Shown here: positions 18,632-29,306 of the stretch, in pieces
Layout: each line of letters begins with the position of its first letter
How positions within the stretch are numbered: the stretch's first letter is position 1
Assembly: GCA_028284955.1 (NCBI GenBank)
Contig: JANQQS010000095.1
Span: forward strand, 27,076-91,075
DNA: 64,000 nt
DNA from: Myxococcota bacterium
GTDB taxonomy: Bacteria > Myxococcota_A > Polyangia > Polyangiales > Houyiibacteriaceae
Reading direction: 5' to 3'
The notes under the pieces: generated by a model
The model's database searches: none
Told to the model about the DNA's origin: nothing
Seen by the model: the letters and a program-made list of their open reading frames with translations, nothing else
Translations under genes and position numbers: made by a program

Positions 18632-19153
18632 TCACTTCTTCGACAACTGGCGTCGTGCGGCGTCCTGCAGCCTTTTGTACGTCTCGGTGCCGCCGTGCCA
18701 GAGCGTGAGTTTGAGTTGACTGGCCGCGTGAAAACCGACCGTGATGACCTTCGAGCTGTATTGGATCGTATCCACGACACGAGTCTGTCGCGCCCGCCCC
18801 GGAAAATCGGTGTGTAAGCACTTCCGGCTATCTTTGGGAAGGTCAAGCTTGGTCCATGCCGCAATCATCTGATACTCGCTTGGTGCACATTCGAGTTGCC
18901 ATTGGTACGCTCCGTTGTTTCCGGAAGCCAAGAGCTGAACGCCGCCTTCGGAATGAATATCCAGCTCGAGTTCGTAACCGAATGCAAGCCAGCTACTGCG
19001 ATCAGACTCCAGTGCTATCGTCCACAAAACAGGTCGGTTTTGTTTCGGCTCCTGCGATTCGTGGGCACTTTCAACGCGCGCTGAACACGCGGCGAACAAT
19101 AGGCCTGCAGACACCCAAAGAAACCGAATCGATACCAAGTTCGCAGTGGTCAT
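18632..19153 (-). CDS. hypothetical lipoprotein
   Basis: Signal and lipobox FLWVSAGLLFAACSA after the ATG at 19153 (ORF track extends to 19225). Confidence 0.55.
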   Translation of the reverse strand: MTTANLVSIRFLWVSAGLLFAACSARVESAHESQEPKQNRPVLWTIALESDRSSWLAFGYELELDIHSEGGVQLLASGNNGAYQWQLECAPSEYQMIAAWTKLDLPKDSRKCLHTDFPGRARQTRVVDTIQYSSKVITVGFHAASQLKLTLWHGGTETYKRLQDAARRQLSKK

Positions 19154-19427
19154 CCTGAAGCTCTCCCGCGCGCCGTGCTTGCGCAGACACACCAATTTCC
19201 AGCCAATCCAGTCGCTGCCGACCACGCTTGGCTACGTCATCGCAGGCGTGAAGGCAAACCGCAACGTGCGGAGGTCCGGCCCGTAGAAGCGAGCGACGGA
19301 GAGAACCGGTGGAATCAGAATTTGATCAGGATTTGATCAGGCTCTGGTTAAGACTTTGGGGTCGTTGTGGATTTAGCTGAGTGCATTGCGGCGGGCGAGG
19401 TGGCTGCCGTGCACAAGGAGAATTCAC

Positions 19428-21401
19428 ATGTTTGGAAGAGTTGATACCGGAGGTAACCTCCAAGGGGCTTCGGACGGAGGCCGAGCTCGCGCAAAGCGGG
19501 CGCTTTTTATGACAGCCTGTTCGTGGGTCGCGGGTGTTGCGGCGTGCGCGAGCCCCACCGGGTCGGACGTCGGGTCATACCAGTCAGACCTCACGGCCAC
19601 GTCGGCTTCGGCCTACCAGCTCAGCCCTTCAACAACCCAGCAGATCAACTCGTCGGCCGCCGCTGGGCAGATCACCAACTCGGCAACCGCAGCGAGCACC
19701 GCGATCGTTCCTGCTGTCCAAACCATCGATCCCTCCGCGATATCAACCGTATCTCTCACAGAGGAGTGTCGCTCGGCTCGAATTTCTGCGAAGCGCGCGG
19801 CACTCGCGGCAAGCGCGCTGTGGAACTTAGGCGCGACCCGCGCGGAAATCGAAGCTGTCCCCGGACTGCTGGCAAGCGTTTCCCAGGAGATCTGCCAAAC
19901 CGGAATCTACGGTGAGGCGTCGCATAGGTTTGGGCAGCTGGTGCTTGACGTAGAGCATCGTTTTGCGGTGCAGCTTCCGGAAGACGTTCAGCCAAACGGT
20001 CTGTTTGAACACCTCTATATCTTCGAAACCGAACGACTGAATCGCGAATGCATGATGGAGCCAGACGGAGAAGTCATCGATGCACTGCAAGGAATTCAAG
20101 ATCTCGGCGTGCTGAGCGATACGCAGTTCGATGCACTCGAGGATACGCTCGCGTTTGGTCGCTGCGGCCCGGGAATGGGACGCGGCTCCGGGGGTTCGCG
20201 TCTCGATTTTCTTTCCTGCATGCACGAAGGGTTGGCAGAAAAACTTGATCGAGAACTCGTGGACGACTGCGACTCGATCAACGGCACTCCAAAAAAACCC
20301 GCGCCTGCCCCTTCGCCGCCGCCGAAAAGCGGAACCACACCGAGCCAGAACTGTACCGGACCCAACTGCAGGAACACAAACACAACGGATCGCTCCAGTA
20401 GAAGCAGCAGTCGGACCACTACTCGAGGAGGCCAAGGTGGCAACGGCCAAGGTGGCAACGGCGGCAACGGCGGCAACGGCCAAGGTGGCAACGGCGGCAA
20501 CGGCGGCAACGCAACAGTGACCGTGCAGTGTCCCGCTTGTTCCCCGGGCGGTGGCGGTGGAGGCGCTGGCGGTGGGAGCGGTTCTATGTCGGGCCTCGCC
20601 CCAGAAGTCGTTAGGTCAGGTGCGGCGGTAACCGTCGCTGTTATTCAAGAGGTCGGAGGCATAATTCGCGAAGGACTCCGAGCAGTTGCAGACGTCGGCA
20701 GCGCTACCGTCACGGCAGCGGGCAACGTGCTTTCTTCAGCAGTCCAAGCCACCGAGAATGTCGCCAACCGTCTCATCGACAAGCTCCCCGACCTATCCGA
20801 CGTGTTCCAGTGCCCCGCGATCATGACCGAGAACGGGCCGGCCATGTTGGCTCGAAGGGACGCGCCTGATGGAAGCGGTGGGGCACGCGACCATATGTCT
20901 CTATTTAGCGTCCACGACCTCGTCCGCGAATGTAAGTGCAGCACCGGAAACGCGCCGACTCCAGGCACGCTTTGCGGCGACGTCGGTTTATCGATCGACT
21001 CCGATCGCGCGCAATGCATGCGAGACCCCTTCGGCACCGGAGGCACTCGTTTCGGAACCCGCGGCCGTATCGTCGACCCGGAACTATGCCGGGAAATTTT
21101 CGCGGGCGACAATCCAACGCTTGTCTCGAGCAACGTCCTTTGTTTGAGCAAGCAGTGTGCAGACGGGGCGACGCTGGACGAGAACTGCGACTGCGTGACG
21201 CCTGGCGGTTCCGGCGGCGGGTCGGGAAGCAACGCATGCGAAACGGTCAACTGCGGGGAGGGGCATAGCTGTCAATGCGACGGGCCCGATTGCTATTGCC
21301 AGCCCGCAGACCAAGTATTCTGTGAAGGACCGATGGCGGTGTTCAACCCCGCGTGCAGCGATGGCGGACCATTTCCCGGAGTGCCTACGCCGGGGATCTA
21401 G
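19428..21401 (+). CDS. secreted lipoprotein with a (GGN/GQ) low-complexity core and a Cys-rich C-terminus
   Basis: AAGGAG ribosome-binding site 8 nt before the ATG at 19428. Signal RARAKRALFMTACSWVAGVAAC. GGQGGNGQGGNGGNGGNGQGGNGGNGGN tract. Many Cys in the last ~170 aa. Confidence 0.65.
   Translation: MFGRVDTGGNLQGASDGGRARAKRALFMTACSWVAGVAACASPTGSDVGSYQSDLTATSASAYQLSPSTTQQINSSAAAGQITNSATAASTAIVPAVQTIDPSAISTVSLTEECRSARISAKRAALAASALWNLGATRAEIEAVPGLLASVSQEICQTGIYGEASHRFGQLVLDVEHRFAVQLPEDVQPNGLFEHLYIFETERLNRECMMEPDGEVIDALQGIQDLGVLSDTQFDALEDTLAFGRCGPGMGRGSGGSRLDFLSCMHEGLAEKLDRELVDDCDSINGTPKKPAPAPSPPPKSGTTPSQNCTGPNCRNTNTTDRSSRSSSRTTTRGGQGGNGQGGNGGNGGNGQGGNGGNGGNATVTVQCPACSPGGGGGGAGGGSGSMSGLAPEVVRSGAAVTVAVIQEVGGIIREGLRAVADVGSATVTAAGNVLSSAVQATENVANRLIDKLPDLSDVFQCPAIMTENGPAMLARRDAPDGSGGARDHMSLFSVHDLVRECKCSTGNAPTPGTLCGDVGLSIDSDRAQCMRDPFGTGGTRFGTRGRIVDPELCREIFAGDNPTLVSSNVLCLSKQCADGATLDENCDCVTPGGSGGGSGSNACETVNCGEGHSCQCDGPDCYCQPADQVFCEGPMAVFNPACSDGGPFPGVPTPGI
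20431..20510 (+). repeat. in-frame tandem repeat (ggtggcaacggc / caa units)
   Basis: Encodes the GGNGQGGNGGNGGN tract. Visible directly as repeated ggcaacggc units. Confidence 0.85.
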
Positions 21402-21441
21402 CGGCTACCGCGTAGACTGAACGAAAACCACGTCAAATGAA

Positions 21442-21482
21442 GCGACCCTTCGAACCAGTCGGGGGGTCGCTTTTTTTTTTTT
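21442..21482 (+). terminator. Rho-independent terminator
   Basis: Stem gcgaccc / gggtcgc followed by 12 consecutive T. It lies inside the 5' extension of the next tracked ORF, which argues for the downstream start. Confidence 0.8.
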
Positions 21483-21538
21483 GCGTCGAAGCCGAATCAA
21501 CGTTCAAGGATCTAGAAAAACGCCCGATCTATCTATCG

Positions 21539-23467
<1,929 letters not shown>

Positions 23468-23468
23468 G

Positions 23469-24071
23469 CTAGTCGTAGCACGTTCCGTCAGTCAGGATAT
23501 CGAGCATCCCTTGGTGCATCGCAGGTAGCTTATCGCTTATGAAATCAGAGTTTGTGAAAGCAAACACGGCACCCTTCCATTCTACGAGTATCGTATAGGC
23601 CAAGCGTGCGCCGCGCGTCTTCCCGAACCCGTCAACCTCTCCGTATTTGGGCACGCCTGCTAGCCACAAGACTAGGTTCCACAAGTCTTTCAAAGCACCT
23701 TCCACACTCACGGGGTTGGCCAACTCACTATCTATGACGCCCCACGCGATAATCAGCACATCGCACATCTTTTTTCTTTGTTTCTTGCTGTGTCGAACCC
23801 GATTGATCGCGGCTCGGAAGTTCTTTGTGAAGAGCTCGGGTGCGATCGGGGGTGCGACTTCCAACTGAGAGATCAACGCAGCAATCTCGGTTTCTGCTGC
23901 ATTCAGACCTTCGGACCAATGCGGTATGATCTCAGATTGCTGCTTTAGCTGCTCAGGCGCGTCTTCGTCGGGCGTGCGCACCTCGGCAACGCATCCCGCC
24001 GCTACGCCCAGCCCGACAATACCCATCAGAGTCCTCAAGAAGAGAAATGGTACGAAATGGCCAGACATCAA
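23469..24071 (-). CDS. hypothetical lipoprotein
   Basis: 200-aa ORF with lipobox GLGVAAGC. Looks low in GC. Confidence 0.6.
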   Translation of the reverse strand: MMSGHFVPFLFLRTLMGIVGLGVAAGCVAEVRTPDEDAPEQLKQQSEIIPHWSEGLNAAETEIAALISQLEVAPPIAPELFTKNFRAAINRVRHSKKQRKKMCDVLIIAWGVIDSELANPVSVEGALKDLWNLVLWLAGVPKYGEVDGFGKTRGARLAYTILVEWKGAVFAFTNSDFISDKLPAMHQGMLDILTDGTCYD

Positions 24072-24249
24072 AACCTCGTTCTCTTAAACGCTAGCCCTGG
24101 CATCTGTCACGAACACTGGGGCGACGAGACGGCTTGTTGTACCAGGCGAGCGACGGCGACTTGCTCGCCTGACGGCAATAGGACCCAGCACGTGGGCCGA
24201 CCGAGTCACCTTAGACCACGCAAACCACATGCCAACGATCTGATCGCTC

Positions 24250-24350
24250 CCCGATACCGATACCCAATCCAATGCTGATGCCGAACCAGACACCGATCCC
24301 GAACCAGATCCCGAACCCGATGCTGATGCCGACGCTGAACCCGTTGCCGA
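24250..24350 (+). repeat. degenerate hexanucleotide simple-sequence tract (GAY/GAR-NCN)n
   Basis: gatgccgaaccagacaccgatcccgaaccagatcccgaacccgatgctgatgccgacgctgaaccc. Intergenic, between two minus-strand genes. Confidence 0.7.
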
Positions 24351-24364
24351 CGCAGGGCGAGCGC

Positions 24365-25159
24365 CTACTTTTCTAAACAAAATTTTTGCTCGAGATGCGT
24401 AAGCTGATCAACAAGCGTTTGCAGTCGTTTCCTGCTGATTCGTTTGTTGAGTAGTTCAACAACGATCGCTACGGCGCGCCTAAGCGCCCAAACCTCAACT
24501 AGAGAAGACAATGACCAGTTAAGGGTGACGTATGGTAGATATTTGGCGTCTATCTCGTCGGTGACGCCCTTGGTGCTATGCGAAAGCAACTCGTATATTT
24601 TCTGGAACGCTGACACGAGCGCGCAAAACTCGTCTTTTTTCGCAAACGAATACAGAGCGCTCAACAGGTCGTAGAGCTCTTCAGCAGTAATCTGACCTCG
24701 ATGATATTGATCCAAAATCTCCTCAATCTCGTCGCTGAGATCTCCATCACCTTCATAGTGCCCGCTTGCGCTCAACTGCGCGTGCACCTGGTCGATCTGA
24801 ACCGGCGACAGGCGCGCAATCGCCTCATAAAATTCGCTCCAGCTCGTCGTCCGCGTACGGGCTCGGCCACTCAAGATCGCCGAAGATTCTTCCCACGCAT
24901 GCCGAAAGCTCAGCTGCCGCAGCAATAGGTTCGACTTGATCACGTTTTGAAAGCAAGGATCAAACCCTTCGCACGAAACGAACAACAAATAGGAACCGAT
25001 GATCACCGCCCCCTTCAATGTCAATGCGGCCTTTTGACCATGCTGCTCGGGAGAAGTTCCTTCCCCGTTCGAGGCGGCGACGCACGACCACAGCAAGCAT
25101 GACGCAGCGCATAGGCTCACCGCGCGGACAAACGATCTTCGCTGTACGAGTCGATCCAA
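24365..25159 (-). CDS. hypothetical secreted protein
   Basis: 264-aa ORF with N-terminal hydrophobic signal (AVSLCAASCLLWSCVAA). Looks low in GC. No recognisable domain. Confidence 0.6.
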   Translation of the reverse strand: MDRLVQRRSFVRAVSLCAASCLLWSCVAASNGEGTSPEQHGQKAALTLKGAVIIGSYLLFVSCEGFDPCFQNVIKSNLLLRQLSFRHAWEESSAILSGRARTRTTSWSEFYEAIARLSPVQIDQVHAQLSASGHYEGDGDLSDEIEEILDQYHRGQITAEELYDLLSALYSFAKKDEFCALVSAFQKIYELLSHSTKGVTDEIDAKYLPYVTLNWSLSSLVEVWALRRAVAIVVELLNKRISRKRLQTLVDQLTHLEQKFCLEK

Positions 25160-25200
25160 AACGCTGTTCGACGCGAATCAGCAAATATTGTGCCAGGCGG

Positions 25201-25680
25201 CTATCGGCGCGTGGGCTCGCGCGGAGGCTCAAAGCCGCGGCCCCCCGTTCGAATGCGGACAATCCGGCCGTTTTCGAATGTCACGATGCGCATGAACTGC
25301 GAGGGGCCACGGTTGTATACCCACTCTTCGATCATCACCGGCACCGATTGTTCCACGATATGCGCTCCGCGAACATGCGCGCCCGGGTAGCGCACGACCG
25401 AACGGACCACGCGATACTCAACGCGCTTCTGCACCTGCAAAGGAGTTCCGCAAAGCGCATGAACCCGCGCCTGCAGGTCGCCGCGCAGAACGAGATGGCT
25501 GCCGCAACGCATGGCGTGCGCCGTGCCCACTCCGCCAAATAGGGCCGCGCAAAGCACGACAAGGCCCATGGCCGAGCGACGCGCCATATGAGCAATCGCG
25601 TGGCGAGCATGGCTTCGCGTAGAGCCGTTTGGCGCGGAACGAGTGGGTATTGGACACGTCCGTCGTTGATTTCGGTTCAT
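25201..25680 (-). CDS. DUF2845-like secreted protein
   Basis: GGAGAGGA ribosome-binding site before the ATG at 25680. Signal ...LFGGVGTAHA. CGSHLVLRGDLQARVHALCGTP...IEEWVYNRGPSQFMRIVTFENGRIVRI matches the DUF2845 pattern as I recall it. Confidence 0.6.
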   Translation of the reverse strand: MNRNQRRTCPIPTRSAPNGSTRSHARHAIAHMARRSAMGLVVLCAALFGGVGTAHAMRCGSHLVLRGDLQARVHALCGTPLQVQKRVEYRVVRSVVRYPGAHVRGAHIVEQSVPVMIEEWVYNRGPSQFMRIVTFENGRIVRIRTGGRGFEPPREPTRR

Positions 25681-25793
25681 GGATTCCTCTCCGCGCAAAC
25701 GCCGACGTTCATCTAGGGATCGTGACCGGACACCCGCGATCGCGCAAACCTCGCGTGTTGGTGCAAGGACCATCGCACGCTAAGCTCGTCGCT

Positions 25794-26177
25794 ATGTCGT
25801 TTCTCGCCAAGCTGTTCGGCGGCTCCCCGCAGGTCGTGCCGACCCATCTGGATACATGGGAATCGTTCTCAGAACATGTTCTCAAAAGCGAACTGCCCGT
25901 CATCGTCGACGTATGGAGCACCTCCTGCGCGCCGTGTCGGCAGCTCGCACCCGTGTTGACCCGCGTGGCGACCAAGTACGACGGACGGATTCGCGTGGCA
26001 GAGCTCACCACCGACGCGGAACCGCGTCTTCTCATGGAGCTGAACGTTCGCGCCACGCCAACCATCCTCGTGTTCCATCGCGGCAAAGAAATGGGGCGAA
26101 TGGCGGGGTTTCGCCCCGAAAGCTGGTTTGACGAAATGATCGAAGCAGAGTTTCCTCTCACCGACGCTTCATCCTAA
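25794..26177 (+). CDS. thioredoxin-family protein (C-A-P-C active site)
   Basis: VIVDVWSTSCAPCRQLAPVL...ATPTILVFHRGKE. The ATG at 25794 fits the domain (ORF track 25629). Confidence 0.85.
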   Translation: MSFLAKLFGGSPQVVPTHLDTWESFSEHVLKSELPVIVDVWSTSCAPCRQLAPVLTRVATKYDGRIRVAELTTDAEPRLLMELNVRATPTILVFHRGKEMGRMAGFRPESWFDEMIEAEFPLTDASS

Positions 26178-26238
26178 GCCCGATACGACGCCGGTCGAGG
26201 TCTACGCTCGGCACTCGGACCGTCGAATGACCGCCTAC
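26153..26238. repeat. left copy of a direct repeat: thioredoxin 3' end plus a relic of the tex 3' end
   Basis: tcctctcaccgacgcttc ... gcccgatacgacgccggtcgaggtctacgctcggcactcggaccgtcgaatgaccgcctac. The minus strand reads ...VRVPSVDLDRRRIGLRMKRR*, versus the Tex C-terminus ...VRVLSVDLDRRRIGLSATGLGATGLGAKRR*. Confidence 0.9.
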
Positions 26239-26239
26239 C

Positions 26240-26764
26240 TCAAAAGAGATCGCAATTGTACGCGACCGCTTTTGCCCAAGCATCTTTGGCCACTTCGTGC
26301 TCGTACACGATCTGGTTTTCGGCACGTTTGTACTCCATCCAGATGTTTCTGTACTCCACCGGGATGCTTCGTACTCCTTCATAGTAAAACACCCGCTTGA
26401 ATCGGTGGGGCCGGCTTCTGTCGGTTTTGTCGATTTCCAACGATCGGATCCACGTTCTGCTTCCGTTGCTTACGTTCACTCGAACGCTTGTGGCGTCTTT
26501 CTTGAACGGTAAGATTCCGTAGGTCCACCAGGTCTTGGTCTCGTGTACGTGGTCGGTGGCGCGACACGTCACCTCGGAAAGCCAGCGTCCTGGGCCCCCG
26601 GAAGCATCTAGGGTGATTTGACGTTGTTTTGCTTCGCTGCCCGCGTTGTCGTCGCTCATATCGGTGGCGGCCGCGCAACCGGTTCCCGCGCATACCGCCA
26701 ACAAACAACCAACTGTGCTGAGGTTCGCTGCGTGTCTCGCCGATGCCTTCGCGAAGGTGCACAT
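26240..26764 (-). CDS. hypothetical lipoprotein (cassette between the direct repeats)
   Basis: Signal and lipobox LLAVCAGTGC after the ATG at 26764. Its stop codon abuts the left repeat boundary. Looks lower in GC than the flanks. Confidence 0.55.
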   Translation of the reverse strand: MCTFAKASARHAANLSTVGCLLAVCAGTGCAAATDMSDDNAGSEAKQRQITLDASGGPGRWLSEVTCRATDHVHETKTWWTYGILPFKKDATSVRVNVSNGSRTWIRSLEIDKTDRSRPHRFKRVFYYEGVRSIPVEYRNIWMEYKRAENQIVYEHEVAKDAWAKAVAYNCDLF

Positions 26765-27008
26765 TTCCGTATACCCGTTCTTCAAAGCGCGTCTCCCTAT
26801 GATCCACTCTGTGCAGGTTGGTCCACTCACACCCGAGCAACATCAACTTTAAGCAACATCGATGCCACTGAATCGAATGCACTCTCAGATGCGCCAGAAG
26901 CTCGCCAAATCGTAATATTTGGGTGCGTTTTGTGCCCTGGTGTGTCGAGCATCGCGAGCGAGGCGGGCGCCGGCGTCTGTGGAAAACTTCCGCCTGGAAG
27001 CCGGCGGG

Positions 27009-27124
27009 TCCTCTCACCGACGCTTCGCACCCAACCCAGTAGCACCCAGCCCAGTAGCACTCAGCCCGATACGACGCCGGTCGAGGTCTACGCTCAGCAC
27101 CCGGACCGTCAAACGGTCGCCTAC
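27009..27124. repeat. right copy of the direct repeat (the functional tex 3' end)
   Basis: Same sequence as 26153-26238, apart from a few substitutions and an extra ~30 bp made of 15-bp units (ccaacccagtagcac / ccagcccagtagcac). Confidence 0.9.
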
Positions 27125-29242
27125 TTTGACCACGTCGGATGGCTTCGACACATAGTGGTCGGCCAGTTGGCTCACGTGCACCAGCCCGTCTTGGTGCACC
27201 CCCACGTCAACGAATGCTCCGAAGTCGGTCACATTGGTAACCACTCCTTCCAGCTTCATGCCTTCTTTCAGGTCGTCGATCGCGCGCACGTCGTCTCGGA
27301 ACTTCGTTGGCTCGAATCGTTTTCGCGGATCGCGACCAGGCTTTTCGAGTTCGGACAAAATGTCGTCGAGGGTCGCCTCGCTCAAGTCGGGCCCAAGATA
27401 CTGCGCGCGTTCGATTTGCCGCGCGACCTCTGGGCTCTGGGCCATGCGCGCCATGGTCGTCCCTCGGTCGCGCGCCATGCGTTCGACCAGCGCGTAGCGT
27501 TCGGGATGGACCGCAGAGCCATCGAGCGGATGCTCGCCGCCGCGCACCCGAAGAAAGCCCACGCATTGCTGGTAGGCTTTCGGCCCAAGCCCTTTGACCT
27601 TTTTGAGAGCGGCTCGGCTGCGAAAGCGACCGTTGGCTTTTCGATGCGCGATGATGTTTTTGGCGAGTGAGGGACCGACACCCGCTACATGGGTGAGCAG
27701 CGGCGCGCTCGCGGTATTGAGCTCGACGCCCACTCGGTTCACGCAGCTTTCGGTGACTTGCCCAAGCTTCGCCGAAAGCAGCTTTTGGTCCACATCGTGT
27801 TGGTATTGGCCGACGCCGATCGCTTTCGGATCGATCTTGACGAGCTCAGCGAGCGGGTCCTGCAGTCGGCGCGCAATCGAAATCGCGCCGCGCACCGTAA
27901 GATCGAGGTCTGGATGCTCTTCCCGCGCAATATCCGATGCGCTGTATACGCTGGCGCCCGACTCGCTCACGCTTACCACCATCGTGTCGACTTGAGCTTC
28001 TTTCAGCGTGACGCGGGCAAACGACTCGGTCTCTCGCCCTGCGGTGCCATTGCCGACCGCAATGGCATGCGGCTTGTGCTTACGGACCATGGCCAGCAAT
28101 TGAGACGCGGCCTTGGCGCGCGCGCGATCGGGAAAGATGGTGACGTGCTCCAAAAAACGTCCGGTGGCGTCGACCGCGGCACATTTGCATCCCGTGCGAA
28201 TGCCCGGGTCAATGCCGATCACCGCATATTCACCAAGCGGCGGAGCAAGGAGTAGGCTTTCGAGATTCTCGCCGAATACATTCACGGCTTCTCGATGCGC
28301 GCGCTCTTCGAGCTCTCCGCGCATTTCGTTTTCGACACTGGGCCCAAGCAACCGCGCGAGCGCATCGGCCACCGCTTCGTCGAGGCTTCGCGCGAACGGC
28401 GAGCGATTCTTGCGGCCCACGATCGACGAAATCTGCCGCGCGAGGCGCTCGGAGTCGACCTCCACACGTGCCTTCAGAACCCCTTCCGACTCGCCACGGA
28501 AGATGGCCAGCACGCGATGCGTCGGAATCTTCGCCACGGGCTCCGAGAACGCATAGTACTGCTCGAACTTCGATTTCGTCTTCGCTTTTCCGCGAGCCGC
28601 TTTGCACGACAATCGGCCGTGCCTTGCGAACGTCTCTTTAGTGGCTTGGCGGGCCTCGAGGTGCTCGGAAACGATTTCGGCGACGATATCGCGCGCGCCC
28701 GCCAGCGCGCTGGCCACATCGGGAACGTCGTTTACTCGATCGACAAACGCTCGGGCTTCGCGGTAGGGGTCGCCGTCGCTCGGTTGAGCCAGAATTCGCT
28801 CGGCCAACGGAAGCAGCCCGCGCTCGCGAGCCACCGCGGCGCGCGTTCGGCGCTTGCGCTTGTAGGGCAAGTAGAGAGCCTCGAGCTCCGCTTTGGTGCG
28901 CGCGCGGTCCATCGCGTGCCGAATCGCGTCGGTCATCTTGCCCTGCTCTTCGATCGACGCGAGGATCGATTCGCGCCGCCGATCGAGCGCCATCAACCGC
29001 GCTCGCTGCTCTTCGATGGCGCGAATCTGAACTTCATCGAGGTTCCCGGTGCGCTCTTTGCGATAGCGCGCGATGAAAGGCACCGTGGCCCCTTCCTCGA
29101 GTAGCGCCAGCACCGCCGCGACCGCGTGTCGCTCAATTGGGTGGGGCTCAATTGGGTAGGGCTCAATTGGGTGGGACTCAATCGAGAAAGGCTCGGTCGA
29201 AAGGGCTTCGGCCACGCGGCTGTCGAGGTTGTCGGCTGCCAT
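27014..29242 (-). CDS. tex: transcription accessory protein Tex (YqgF/HhH/S1 RNA-binding)
   Basis: EEGATVPFIARYRKERTGNLDEVQIR at the N-terminus and an S1 domain at the C-terminus (GMKLEGVVTNVTDFGAFVDVGVHQDGLVHVSQL). 742 aa. Confidence 0.95.
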   Translation of the reverse strand: MAADNLDSRVAEALSTEPFSIESHPIEPYPIEPHPIERHAVAAVLALLEEGATVPFIARYRKERTGNLDEVQIRAIEEQRARLMALDRRRESILASIEEQGKMTDAIRHAMDRARTKAELEALYLPYKRKRRTRAAVARERGLLPLAERILAQPSDGDPYREARAFVDRVNDVPDVASALAGARDIVAEIVSEHLEARQATKETFARHGRLSCKAARGKAKTKSKFEQYYAFSEPVAKIPTHRVLAIFRGESEGVLKARVEVDSERLARQISSIVGRKNRSPFARSLDEAVADALARLLGPSVENEMRGELEERAHREAVNVFGENLESLLLAPPLGEYAVIGIDPGIRTGCKCAAVDATGRFLEHVTIFPDRARAKAASQLLAMVRKHKPHAIAVGNGTAGRETESFARVTLKEAQVDTMVVSVSESGASVYSASDIAREEHPDLDLTVRGAISIARRLQDPLAELVKIDPKAIGVGQYQHDVDQKLLSAKLGQVTESCVNRVGVELNTASAPLLTHVAGVGPSLAKNIIAHRKANGRFRSRAALKKVKGLGPKAYQQCVGFLRVRGGEHPLDGSAVHPERYALVERMARDRGTTMARMAQSPEVARQIERAQYLGPDLSEATLDDILSELEKPGRDPRKRFEPTKFRDDVRAIDDLKEGMKLEGVVTNVTDFGAFVDVGVHQDGLVHVSQLADHYVSKPSDVVKVGDRLTVRVLSVDLDRRRIGLSATGLGATGLGAKRR
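29131..29190 (-). repeat. in-frame 15-bp tandem repeat in the tex 5' region
   Basis: gctcaattgggtggg / gctcaattgggtagg / gctcaattgggtggg plus one degenerate unit. Encodes SHPIEPYPIEPHPIE, inserted ahead of the conserved Tex N-terminal helix. Confidence 0.9.
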
Positions 29243-29306
29243 GGGCCGACGATAGCACCACGGCGCCTCGCTGGCGGTTTGCGCTGCGGGTGCTAACCCT
29301 CGCGCT

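Noticed and set aside
17980-18708. Tracked ORFs across the repeat array (17980..18708 +, 18121..18564 -, 18201..18554 +), and 14947..15138 + across the other array.
   Set aside because: Their translations are just the repeats read in different frames (RGRG/PGSR strings). All three frames are open, which is typical of non-coding high-GC repeats.
24084-24380. 98-aa ORF encoding GSASASASGSGSGSGSVSGSASA.
   Set aside because: The sequence is the reverse frame of the hexamer simple-sequence tract. The rest of the peptide has no protein-like features, and it overlaps the stop of the upstream gene. Treated as non-coding.
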